Shown here: in pieces, positions 11,695 through 22,186 of the stretch
Position numbering within the stretch: position 1 is the first letter of the stretch
Layout: every line of letters starts with the position of its first letter
Source: Camelus ferus
Lineage: Eukaryota
NCBI RefSeq assembly: GCF_009834535.1
Contig: NC_045696.1
Coordinates: 9,054,001 to 9,118,000, forward strand
Direction: 5' to 3'
DNA length: 64,000 bases
The notes under the pieces: generated by a model
Told to the model about the DNA's origin: nothing
The model's database searches: none
The model's input: only the letters and a program-made list of their open reading frames with translations
Program-made: the position numbers and the translations under genes

Positions 11695-14042
11695 ACACTG
11701 TTCTCAAGGACCTCAATATTTTTTTGAGAGTCCCAGATGATTTGGGTAAAATTCCGAGCCTTTCAACATTCATTAGATTGATTTTCTGAAACCTCTTAAT
11801 GTCCATTGAACAACTGCTCTGCATTTCAGTAAGTCCTGGAGTCCCAGTTCACACCAAGCGGTCCACACGGGCAAAATCTAATGTCTTGAGTCTCCATTTT
11901 CAATATAAATTTGAGAAATGTCAACAAGCATTGGTCACATCCGAAAAAGCACAGAGAAACAAACTAAGGATAAGATCTCTGTAATAAACAAAGGCCATTA
12001 AAGCTCTAATGTGTCCTGCAAGCAAAGATCATTGATTGCCCCCTGATGATGGAAACCCAAATGAATGCTCTTCCATTCTACCTCTCAGTAGTCCTTTAGT
12101 TCCACTAATGCTTGCCAGTCCTCAAAACCTCCTTATCCTGCGAAGAATATTATCTCAGATAGAAGTATTATGCAGGAAACTGTGTCTTCAATAAAATCTC
12201 TGTACGCATATGTATCTCCAAAGACCCCGGGTCCCAGTGGGGATGTTGAGTGACTGGTCACACACAGGCAGCCCAGAGGCTGAGGCAGCCAAGCAACTGG
12301 GATGGCATAAGGTGACACCTTGGTTTCTTTTTTCTGCTTTGAATAAACTAAAAACTTGAGAAGAAGATGAAATCAGAACAGAACATGAACAAGGTCTTTC
12401 TTCCTGCTCTCCTCCCAGAAATCCAACCAGTGTCCAAACTGGCAGCAGTTAGGGAGGGAATTTAAGAAGGAGGAAATGAAAATACCCACCGCAGATCTGA
12501 AGAGTGATATTTTGTTCTTTCAGCAGAGTTGATACTTTTACATTTTGACATGCTGTGGTTCTGTAATAATTTGCAGCCCGCATCTGTAGGGCTGAATGAT
12601 TTTATTCCAAAAGAACATTTGATTCAGTAATTAAGGGATAAACACTGAGGATTTCTCCAGCGTCAACTGTGGAGGACATTTTCAAGTCCTCCTTACCCAG
12701 ACCTCTCATTTAGGGTCCTCATGCCATGTCTTTGTGACACCTGGCAAGTGCAAGTATTTAAATCCACATATTGCATTTTTCCATATTGAAATGTCAACCA
12801 CAAGTCTCCTTCTTGTTCCATTCAAAACCACTTTGCATAGTCCAAAAATTACTGATGCTCCCAGCACCCCAGTGAAAAAGGTACTATTATGTTTCAGTTC
12901 CTAAAGAGTCACGTGGAAGTTTGTTAATTTGCCTACCACCAGGAAAACGGGTGGCAACGACAATAAAAGTCCGAAGTTCCTGAAGCCGGGAGCTTTGTTC
13001 AGACCGGGGATCCGCATCATTCTTTGCTGCACAAACTGCATTATTGAATTCCATGCCCTCTAACCAATGTCAGAATTCTGGCTTCTCTAACTCAGAGTAA
13101 TTTTGGTTTCCTCATTTCCCTTAGCTTTCCCTGCCTGGATCTCGTGCTAAAATTAACCTCAAGGTTTGGAGGAACTGGCAAGTTCAGTACCAACTCGAAA
13201 TGTTTTCCATCATTTGACCAAACCTCGAATACTGAACATTTCTAACATTCAAAGAGGGTTTGTTTAAGTTTTCCAGCTTTATCCTCCCGGTTTCAAATGG
13301 CACCAGAAGCAGAAGGGCCAAAATGCTGTAAGAAGAAACTATTCCCAACAAGACTGTTGGCCTGAGGCAGGTCTGAGAGGATCCAGACGCATACGAAAGA
13401 AGTAGCCATACTGCCGGGGGTCTGTGTCAACCGGGCCTCTGGACTCGGGAAGGCTTGGCTGTTACAAGAGGGTACAGTGTCAGGCTGGGTCCCTTCTCCT
13501 GGACCAGATCACAGGGAGTGACATCAGCAAGACTGTGGCTAGAGAGCCGTGGCAGGTAACCAGTGAGGGGAGGGCGAGCCCACTCTGGGACTCCTGAGGC
13601 CACCTGCCGCGCTGCCACATGAACACGCACTAGGCGTCTGGAAGAACTCACAGGATGACTGCGTTTCCAAACTGCAAACGAGGTGAAAACTGAGAGTTTG
13701 ATGCCCCTGGAGGAAAAAGCCTTCTGTTTGCATGTGAGTGGCCAGCAGCTTGGCAGAGGGAGCTCACGGGGACTCCTACTATAAACATGACCCAAACCCA
13801 GCACTTGAGTCGAAAGGTCTGAGTGACAATCCAAGGATGCTCTTGGAGAACATGAGCCATGCCTCTTGGGAGTTTCTGCTGTCTAGCAACATCCAGAGCT
13901 TACAAAATTGTTCCAAGGTAATAAGGTAGAGAAGTCAGAGCTTTCAGAAAGTTCGAAGGAAAAAAGCGATGTCAAAGAATGGAGAAAAATGATCATATGC
14001 TTTCTTTACCAAATTCCTACATACACGCCACTTCCCTCTGCC

Positions 14043-14190
14043 CAACGCTTCTCAAACTTTACTGTGTGTAAGAATCACCTGGTTGATCTTGTAGGCCCAG
14101 GTGGAGCCCGAGATTCTGATTCCTAACAAGTTCAAGTTCCTCATGTGACGTCCACGCTGCTGGCGCACAGGCCGATCTTGGCGCAGCAAC
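14043..14190. mobile_element. MER5A-like hAT-Charlie MITE
   Basis: CTTCTCAAACTTT...AGAATCACCTGG...GCCCGAGATTCTG...TAACAAG...GCTGCTGG. Confidence 0.7.
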
Positions 14191-16467
14191 ACAGTTTAAA
14201 CTGTTACATCTGAAACAATGATCATTAAACAGCTTTTTATACCACGAGACAGGTTTTATTTGATGGGCTGGTTTCAATGCCTTTTTTTTTTTTTTTTTTG
14301 AAATCCTATTTCCCCATTGAACTATACATCTTTATCTAGGGAAGTTTAAGAAATAAATACCGAAACTCTTGCCTGACTATAAAATAATATCTTAAATGTG
14401 AATCATCCTTTCATCCAGAGAAATGAGGGTTTGGTACCTCAGACAGATGTGCCCGACTGTGGACACCATCATGAAAGTCCAGGACAGAAAACCTTTCACA
14501 TTTGGGCCTGCCGAGCTCCCTGGTTATTTTAAAACTCAGGATCTGCCAAGAGCAGATTATATTCATTCCATGAAGCTCTGACGTCTGTGTCCCAGTTTAA
14601 AAATCATCATTGAAGTCATTGCCGGCATGGCATGGAAGTTTCTGGATAGCACCTCTGTTACCACAAAGATTTAGAAAATAATGGAAATGTGTGTTATGGA
14701 GAGAGAATTTAGCAGCCTTGTCTTCCTGGAATTTTAGACGATCTACAGTTTAGGGGGACCTCCTCTGCCTCCATTTTCTGGCCAGAGAATCTTTTTAACA
14801 ATAAACACGTTCAGAGACAGTGTGTGTGTGGTAATCATGTCATGAAAAACCTCGTGGACTGGACTGGACTACACACAGAAGTCTGTATGTTAATTACGGG
14901 GTTACACAAAAACGCATCTTGCCGCCTTTGCTGGTATTTTTACAGAGCCATTAAAAGTGACACCTGAGCATATCTGCCCCCTAATAGAAGCTGGAGCCAA
15001 CATGAGTGAGGATGAGAACCGCCACCCAATTACTTGGCAAAGACACAGTCGCTGCCACCGCTTGGGTTACGATTCCCAAGCCCGCAGCCCAGAGTCTGAG
15101 TCACTTGTAGGAAGGAGGCACAGGGTGTGGGTCAGCACACAGACAAAGAATCCTGCGCAGTTCTAGCTGAGATAGGGTTGAAGATCTCTCTGGGTGGTTC
15201 ACGGATGACACACGTGTCCTTTCGTCTTGGGTCCCAAAGGAAGTGGTAAGGCCAAGTTCATCAGCGGCCGGCTGAGTCTTTGTTATTGGCAGGACTTGGA
15301 AGATGCCCAGAAGAACTCCAACTGTTGCCTCACCAAGCTGGGAAGTTCTGCTGGGGCTCTTGTGGCAAACCACCCAGGGTAAGGCAGCCCAGGGCCAGCA
15401 TGCAGACCTTCAGACTCTGCCCCCTGGTGCCCCGCTGAAACCCCAGCGCCCATGGTTACAGATGATTACAAAACACCGCGAGACCTCAGCAAACATATGC
15501 CTTACCGTCATCTTTAAACTTGACCTGTGCCAGGAAGACCCCACTAGGAAAGATGCATATTCCACTCCAGCTAGGCCCTCAGAGAAAAGCCAAGAATTTG
15601 GGCCTTTGAGCTGACACACCCTGACCCTCCCCTCAAGCATCTGGACACCGAAGGCTAAAAGCATCTGGGGAGTTTCTAAAATGAAATATCCAAGGGATTT
15701 AGCTGCATCACCACTTGAATTTCGCAGTCATTATTAAGTCTGAGTTGACTCTGAAGTGGCAGCAGCCTGTTACAGCACAGAGCTCCAAGGAGCCTTGCGG
15801 GGAGTATTAAGCACAGAAGAGAGAAAATAGGTTCTGATACAGGGCTTAACCAGACTTGACTTTATCAGGGAGCACAGCAACATCCTGTTAATTATCTTAA
15901 CAAGGGATTTGCACCGAGAGGTCTCTGCAACACGCGCTACATTGAGAGCTTCATAAACTTCATACAAGAAATACACACATTATTATTCTCTTAAATATTA
16001 ATAAGGTGTCAACATTTGGCAAGCTAACTTCACACAAGTCTGGGAGAAAGCCGGCTCTTGAGTTTCAATTCCTGCTTTAGTCAAAACAAGAGTAAGTAAA
16101 AATCATGCCTGTTCTTTTCAGAGGCCCTGCTCCACTGCCCGTGAACATGTTATCACTGGTGTGTGAGGCAAAACCCGAGGGGGTGCCCTGATAGTACTGA
16201 CTTTACAAAGTGCCTTTGCTGGTTGTCACGGTGTCACGGACACAGCTTGGAATCCAGGCTTGGCATTTGCAAACTGCTCGTCTTACACGGTGTGTCTCTC
16301 TTTTTTTCTTTTCAAATGATTTTTTTTTTTTACTTAAACAAATTCATTTGGTCCTCTCTTCAAAATTACAATCTGTTGAATAGTCTGTAATAAAATATTC
16401 AGAACTTTCCCCGAAAAGCATTTTCCTTGGGAGCATTGATGGTGTCATTTTCTTTCCTCGAACAAAC

Positions 16468-16712
16468 TTTTTTTTTTAATTAAAGTATAGTCAGTTTACA
16501 ATGTTGTGTCAGTTTCTGGTGTACAGTATCATGCTTCAGTCATACACATACATGCATGTGTTTTCAGATTCTTTTTCATTATAGGTTACTATAAGATACT
16601 GAATATACTTCCCTGTGCTGTGCAGTAGAAACTTGGCTGTTTATTTTTTATATATAGTAGTTAGTATCTGTAAACCTCGAACTCCCAATTTGTCCCTTCC
16701 CACCCCCTTTCA
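16468..16712 (-). mobile_element. L1 3' end (artiodactyl type)
   Basis: Poly-T, then AATTAAAGTATAGTCAGTTTACAATGTTGTGTCAGTTTCTGGTGTACAG...TTCCCTGTGCTGTGCAGTAG. Confidence 0.9.
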
Positions 16713-17064
16713 CAGTGTCTTGAATGTGTGCATTGAAACTCTACAGAGGGCCGTGGAGAATGTACATAGAGGGCAGCAAAAGAAATAAAGTAATTAAGGG
16801 GGAAAGACAGTGTTTATTTTCGAACCCCGAAATGAACACTATTTTGTTTGTTAACAGGTAAAACCTATGGACAGGAAAAATAAATAAGTATGCGTGCTCC
16901 GTGTGCTAGCCCACATGCAGAGCTAGCCTATTTTTCGCACTCCCAAGTAGGCATGTCTTTTTCCTAAGGTAGAGGATGAGCTACATAATTCTCCTGAGTC
17001 AACCCCATGGGAAGGGGAGAAGCGTCCCCTCTGGCCCCTCTACCTGTAATGAAGTCATCTTCTG

Positions 17065-17270
17065 TTTTTTTAATTGAAGTATAGTTGATATACAATGTTG
17101 TGTTAATTTCTGACGTACAGCAGAGTGGTTCATTTTTCCCTATACATGTATATATTCATTTTCATATTCTTTTTTGTTGTACTAACTGCTATATGTAAAA
17201 TAGATAAGCAACAAGGTCCTACTGAATAACACAGGGAAGTATATTCAGTACCTTGTAATAGCCTATAATG
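17065..17270 (-). mobile_element. L1 3' end with inverted 5' segment
   Basis: 17065-17180 is minus-strand L1 3' end. 17181-17270 (AAATAGATAAGCAACAAGGTCCTACTG...CCTTGTAATAGCCTATAATG) is the adjoining L1 segment in plus orientation. Confidence 0.85.
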
Positions 17271-17859
17271 ACGTCTTCTTAACGCATTCAAAGTGCATTT
17301 CCAGTAGCGCTGGGCAGAGTTTTACCTACAGGTATGAATTAGCCCGTTGATGTGAATTGAACTAGACAAAAGGGATACAGGATCTTCCCTGGGTGAAAAT
17401 AAAAAGTTAACAGTTGCAAGGTATCTTTGAGCCCAAAGACAGAATCACTCTTTTCTTTGTTTTCCTTTAGCTTCCTCATTTCACCGTGTGTGTGTGAGAG
17501 AGAGAGGGTACATGAATTTATCTCTTTATTGAGAAGATGTTAGGAGGAACAAAACCACATCATTTGGGTTTTATTAAAATGGGCTTTTTGTCACAAAATT
17601 AAAATGATGCTTTCCTTTTCTCAGGCTTTAAAGTACCAGCAAGTTGCTAGACCCTTTCAGGGGTCAGACTCTCGTCAAAGCATTTCCTTTTGTTTTGCTT
17701 TTCCTTTTATAGTTTCACTGCTGGGATGGTCTTTACCAAGGGCTGAATGCTCCTGAGCCCATGCCCAGTGTCTTAAACGATGGGTTCCACATCCTGTCTG
17801 AGCAGCCACCTGATGCCAGGGTTTGAATTACTATTGAATAAGCAGCAATGAAATTTTTA

Positions 17860-18300
17860 TCAAAATCATCAGGCATCCCTAAAACCACAAATAACAACAA
17901 CAGGACTCAAGTTGTACCAAATCAGCAAAGCCCATGGATATAATAAGAGACTGAGTCACTTTTTTCTCCAGTCCCTCTCTTGCAAAGTCTCCTCAGCTAT
18001 TTTCTTGCACAGTCTTGGGGGAGGGCAGGTGGAGGGAAGGAAGGGCATTGCTCAGAAAGTTAGAGGAAAAAAAAAAGAAAAAGAAATTGACATCACTGGA
18101 GTCACGTGATTGGCAGGAACCAATGAAGATGGGCGGAGGAAAGGGGAACAGTTAAATTTGTAATTTGGGTTGTGTGAAAACTTCTTTGGGCCTCATAAAC
18201 AACCACAGAACCACAAGTTGGGTAGCCTGGCAGTGTCAGAAGTCTGAGCCCGGCATAGTGGTCAGCACGCAGGACGAATCACACTGACTGCAAACCACAG
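17860..18300 (+). promoter_or_regulatory. RUNX1: RUNX1 distal P1 promoter
   Basis: Motifs seen: RUNX AACCACA at 17883, 18201, 18209 and 18293; AP-1 TGAGTCA 17952-17958; E-box GTCACGTGA 18101-18109; CCAAT boxes ATTGG 18109-18113 and CCAAT 18120-18124; GC-box-like GGGCGGAGG 18131-18139. It lies directly upstream of the P1 UTR. Confidence 0.9.
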
Positions 18301-18397
18301 GGTTTCGCAGAGCGCTGAACATCACCAACCCACAGCCAAGACGCCGCTTTTTTTTTTTTTTTAATCTTTAACAATTTGAATATTTATCTTCGCAAAG
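18184..18397 (+). other. RUNX1: RUNX1 P1 non-coding first exon (5'UTR); 3' boundary inferred at the AAG|GTACAT donor
   Basis: CTTTGGGCCTCATAAACAACCACAGAACCACAAGTTGGGTAGCCTGGCAGTGTCAGAAG...CAAACCACAGGGTTTCGCAG matches the recalled mammalian RUNX1 P1 5'UTR. It contains T15 (18348-18362) and a candidate donor at 18398. The true TSS and exon end cannot be fixed from sequence alone. Confidence 0.8.
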
Positions 18398-18534
18398 GTA
18401 CATTTTTTTTCATAGGGCTCGGGGAGCCCCAGAGGTGTCGAGGAGGGGGGTAAAAAAGGAGATGTAGGGAACCATGGTTGGGGGTGAGGTTAGATGGGTT
18501 AAAATGGTGACCTTTCTGGGTTTTTGCTCTTAAG

Positions 18535-18593
18535 GTAAAAGAAATCATTGAACCCCCCGCCTTCAGAAGAGGGTGCCTTTTCAGGAGGAAGCG
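18535..18593 (+). other. RUNX1: RUNX1 P1 exon 2, 5'UTR portion
   Basis: Acceptor TTTTTGCTCTTAAG| at 18534 is followed by GTAAAAGAAATCATTGAACCCCCCGCCTTCAGAAGAGGGTGCCTTTTCAGGAGGAAGCG, matching the known UTR just upstream of the RUNX1c ATG. A second possible acceptor CCTTTTCAG| lies at 18584. Confidence 0.85.
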
Positions 18594-18651
18594 ATGGCTT
18601 CAGACAGCATATTTGAGTCATTTCCTTCATACCCACAGTGCTTCATGAGAG
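18594..18651 (+). CDS. RUNX1: RUNX1 P1-isoform (RUNX1c/AML1c) first coding exon; partial CDS, remaining exons lie beyond the window
   Basis: ATG at 18594 in GAAGCGATGG reads ATGGCTTCAGACAGCATATTTGAGTCATTTCCTTCATACCCACAGTGCTTCATGAGAG = [19 protein letters not shown] plus 1 nt (58 nt, phase 1). A strong donor GAG|GTGAGT follows at 18652. This is the RUNX1c N-terminus and differs from the RUNX2 (MASNSLF...) and RUNX3 (MASNSIFDS...) P1 termini. Confidence 0.98.
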
Positions 18652-19912
18652 GTGAGTACACTCTGGGCTTTTAATATCTACTTTTGCTCAGCTTTGCAGA
18701 GAATGAAATGACAGCCTGTTGTAACTTGGTGCAGACGGCCCCAGCCGATCCCCTGTCTGTTTTGTGGGAGGAATTCAAACTCAGGCGTATGATTACAAGG
18801 CTATTGGATTACTTATTCATCAGGCGGTCGCTCTTCAGAAATGTTTTAATAAACACTTAGTTGAGCTGCGGAAGTGTTCAGTCGGTGTGTGAGAACTTTG
18901 TCAAGCGAGAGTAAGTTGGGCTGCCCCTGATTAAAGTCCTTGAGGTGATAGAGCTTGCATGAAGCTCTCTGGGGTTTCTTCTGTTGCCCCTTGCCCGGAA
19001 TGACTGTGACTGAGCTGTCCTGCACCCGGCGTGCTGTGTGGCCCGCACGCCAGCCTTCCCCCCGGGCAACAGCGGGGAAAAGGCAGAGCTGGCCAGGAGG
19101 GCCGGTGCCAGTTTGGGGCGGAGGCGGAGGTGGGCTCCCCGAGACCCATGGGACCAGCCCCGGCGGGGACGGCAGGGACAAAGTAACAAGTCAGCTGTCT
19201 CCAAAAGGCAGAGAGCACGGGAGCCGGGCAGACTTGTCTAGGCTGAAAGCCCCTGGATGGGGCAATACTGGGTAATTCCTTGCTGCCTCAGTGCAGAGAG
19301 GCAGCCAGCATCTTTCAAGAGAGGAAAAAAAGCAGAGCACAGAGGTCTGTTTCGCCAAGAGCAACGAAGATGTTTCCTAAATTAAGCGTTTGCAGCAGCT
19401 GAAGTGACCCGATCGCATGTTCCCTAATAGGGACAGCTCGTGTGTGGAGTACCTGTCTGCATTTTTGCAATCAGCCTCTTGAAATATACAAAGCTGTCGT
19501 TGACCTCTGAGTGTGTGAGTACCTGTGTGTGCATGTGCGTTCTGGGTCTCCTTGGTGGCAAAATGGGGCCGTGCTTTAACCAACAAAAATCATAACCGGG
19601 AAATGTCACAGCGGCATTACCATGTGTCGGGGCAAGCACCCTGACCAGGGCCTGCACAGTGTGGCTTGATGGTTTGGCAGAGCTGGGATAAAGCGGGATG
19701 GATGAGACGGGGGAACAATTAATTTTCTGGCGACAAACTCGAACTCGCGCATGCACCCAAGTAGTATCTGTGACTCATTATGTATCCACACGGCCAAGTG
19801 CGCCGAGGAACACGGAGGCCTGCCAGCCACTCTGTCACAACAAAGGCTATTGTGGATGCATGGAGCCTTGATGTTTCCGGGTCTCTGAAATTTAAACACT
19901 TGGCAAGCTGCG

Positions 19913-19916
<4 letters not shown>

Positions 19917-19972
<56 letters not shown>
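19917..19972. repeat. (TG)28 microsatellite
   Basis: Uninterrupted 56-nt TG run. Confidence 0.98.
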
Positions 19973-19974
<2 letters not shown>

Positions 19975-21079
19975 GGGAAGGGGAGGGGGAAGATTTCAGG
20001 AGAAGGGCAAGAAAGCAAGTCATTAACCGATTCAAAGCTTCAAATTAAAGGGTTTTCAAGTGCTTCTTTACTGGCAGCTGAGGAAATTTTAGTGAAGTTG
20101 AATCATGCGGTGGGTATGAGTCACACATCCTCGCGGCTGGGGCTCCTGCGGCAGAAACGTGGCCGCTGCTGAGAAGCTGTGAGCCTCCTGCTGCATTTCC
20201 TCTGGGCCACTAACAAGCAAAGGAAGCAATATCTGTAGAATAACAGAAAAAAAAAATGATCTTCCTGCCTTTCCTCTGCTTTCAATGCGTCCTCCAAACG
20301 ATGATTGTTTCCTATTTTATCAACTCAGGAAGGCAGATCCAGGAAATTTTTCAACATTCCACTGGGTCATGGTTGGGATTTTGGTGTGTGGTGCTGGCCT
20401 CCCTTCTGTCCTTTCTGGTGGGACAGCAAAGATGATGAGGGGACCCGGTGGCCCGCACAGTTGCCGGGAAAGAGGAGCCCGGCCCCGGCCCCAGCCCCAC
20501 AGCCCCCGTGTCCCCTGGACTGGCACCGACCTGCCCCAGGTTATAAACAGTGAGTTTTCAAGGGGGCAGAGTGGAGAGCACCCTAGGACCCCAACCAGGA
20601 CTCAGAAGGGCTCACGGAAGAAGGTCTTTTCACTCCTTCCTCTCAGTAAAAGGAGCTTGGGGCCTTTCATAATCTCTAACTCAAGAATATAATATTGACA
20701 TTTAATTTCAGAGACTCAAAGGGACATCTTGGCCATTTCAGGGCTAATTTTATCAAGGTGATTGGTCAGTCTGAGGGTTTGAATTGTCTGGGTTAGCTGT
20801 CCGTACCACTTCTTAGAGCTGGACAGGTGGCCAAATATCCTGGCTTTTGGTACTGTGTGGACACTGCCTTAGGGCATGATGCTAGAAGTCACCCTTTTCT
20901 CTTACAAAGTGTTCTCAGAGTTGGTACCCCGGGTTCTGCAGCCTGGCCATCAGCGATGCTCAGCACTGGGGTCTTTTCTCACCGCCTGTAATTTACAGCA
21001 TGCGTTCCCTCGGCAGCTGCACCTCCCTGCAAGCTGGGGGTGGGGGAGGGGCACGGGGGGGAGCAGCAGCGGGAAGGGG

Positions 21080-21620
21080 GACCTTGTTTTCTTCCTGGGA
21101 TGGTACTTTATCAGTGCAGGCAATTCTTACTGGAGGAAACCCATAACTCATTTTTTAGCAAGATACCCATGTGGAAATTGAGGAGAAAGAGAGGTGGGGG
21201 ACCAAGCAAAGCATCGTTCCTTCTGAGCGACAGGCAAGCGAGAGTCTGAGAGCCTGGCATGCAAAACGAATGTGGTCTACCACAGAGAACGCCGCTCTTT
21301 GCCACCCCACCGCACCAGGCTCTCGCTTCACGTGCAAGAAGATGAGGTACGATTGAAATTCCCTGGAATGGTCACACAGGCTCCACAGCGCCGAGTCCTC
21401 GCAGAACCCGAGCTTGGGTTCCCCAGCAAGGTCCGGCGTGCGGGCCCTGGGAGCTGCAGGAGGCCTGAAGAGGAAGCGCGCGTGCACATGTCTGCAGGGC
21501 GCCGCAGGTAGCCTTGTTCTTAGAAGTGGCTTAGTGGTCTGTGCGAAGCCTGACTGCTAATGCGCCTCCGAGTTCCTAGAACCACAGGTAAAAATCTCAG
21601 CGAGGCTGACTTGCCGCCGT
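21080..21620. promoter_or_regulatory. Candidate intronic enhancer at about +2.5 to +3 kb (possible Runx1 +3 ortholog)
   Basis: ETS CTTCCTG ~21091, GATA TTATCA 21108, inverted RUNX pair TGTGGTCTACCACA 21271-21284, ETS GAGGAAG ~21470, RUNX AACCACA 21580. CpG density is raised and no repeat was recognised. Confidence 0.5.
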
Positions 21621-21798
21621 CTCCGCGAGGCATCTTTGAAAGGGCATCGCGGCATCCGAGGCTGAGTGCGTGAAGCATGCTTCTCTGGGAGCCTCAGTTT
21701 GCCACTTTTTTCAGAGAATGATTTAGGAAGACACTTCTGGCTCTGCTGAAGATTTAAGATCACAGAGAGCCATCGACTCCACTAGGGACCAGACCCAG

Positions 21799-22186
21799 TG
21801 TGAGTTCTGTATTATTTTGCGGCCCTAACAAAGGACCGCAGACTGAGTGGCTTAAACAACAGGGTGTATTGTCTCAAGATTCTGGAGGCCAGAAATCTCA
21901 TTGCAAATCCTGGTGGAGCGTTTCATTTTTTTTTTTTTTTTTGGCTAGTAGGTGGCTGTCCTCTCCCTGTTTCTTCATGTGGTCCTCTCTTTGTACGTTT
22001 CTGTATCCCAGTGTCCCCTTCTTATAAGGACACCAGTCAGACTGGATTAGGGCTCACCCTAATGATCTCATTTAATCTTATTCATCTCTGTAAAGACCCG
22101 GTCTCCCAACACTGTCACATTCTGAAATACTACAAGTTAGGATTTCAGTATATGAATTTGGGGAGCACACGGTTCAATCCATAACA
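21799..22186 (-). mobile_element. MLT1B-like MaLR solo LTR
   Basis: GTGGCTTAAACAACAG...TTCTGGAGGCCAGAA...CTTATAAGGACACCAGTCAGACTGGATTAGGGCTCACCCTAATGA...TTCAATCCATAACA. Confidence 0.9.

Noticed and set aside
11016..11789. Two similar peptides on opposite strands suggesting a duplicated gene pair
   Set aside because: The similarity is confined to the 71-bp DNA inverted repeat, with no other coding evidence.
14300..15000. Possible start of the RUNXOR overlapping lncRNA, reported a few kb upstream of human P1
   Set aside because: No sequence feature here lets me place a TSS, so the only support is position.
18594..18651. Alternative assignment to the RUNX2 or RUNX3 P1 exon
   Set aside because: [19 protein letters not shown] and the leader sequence are RUNX1-specific.
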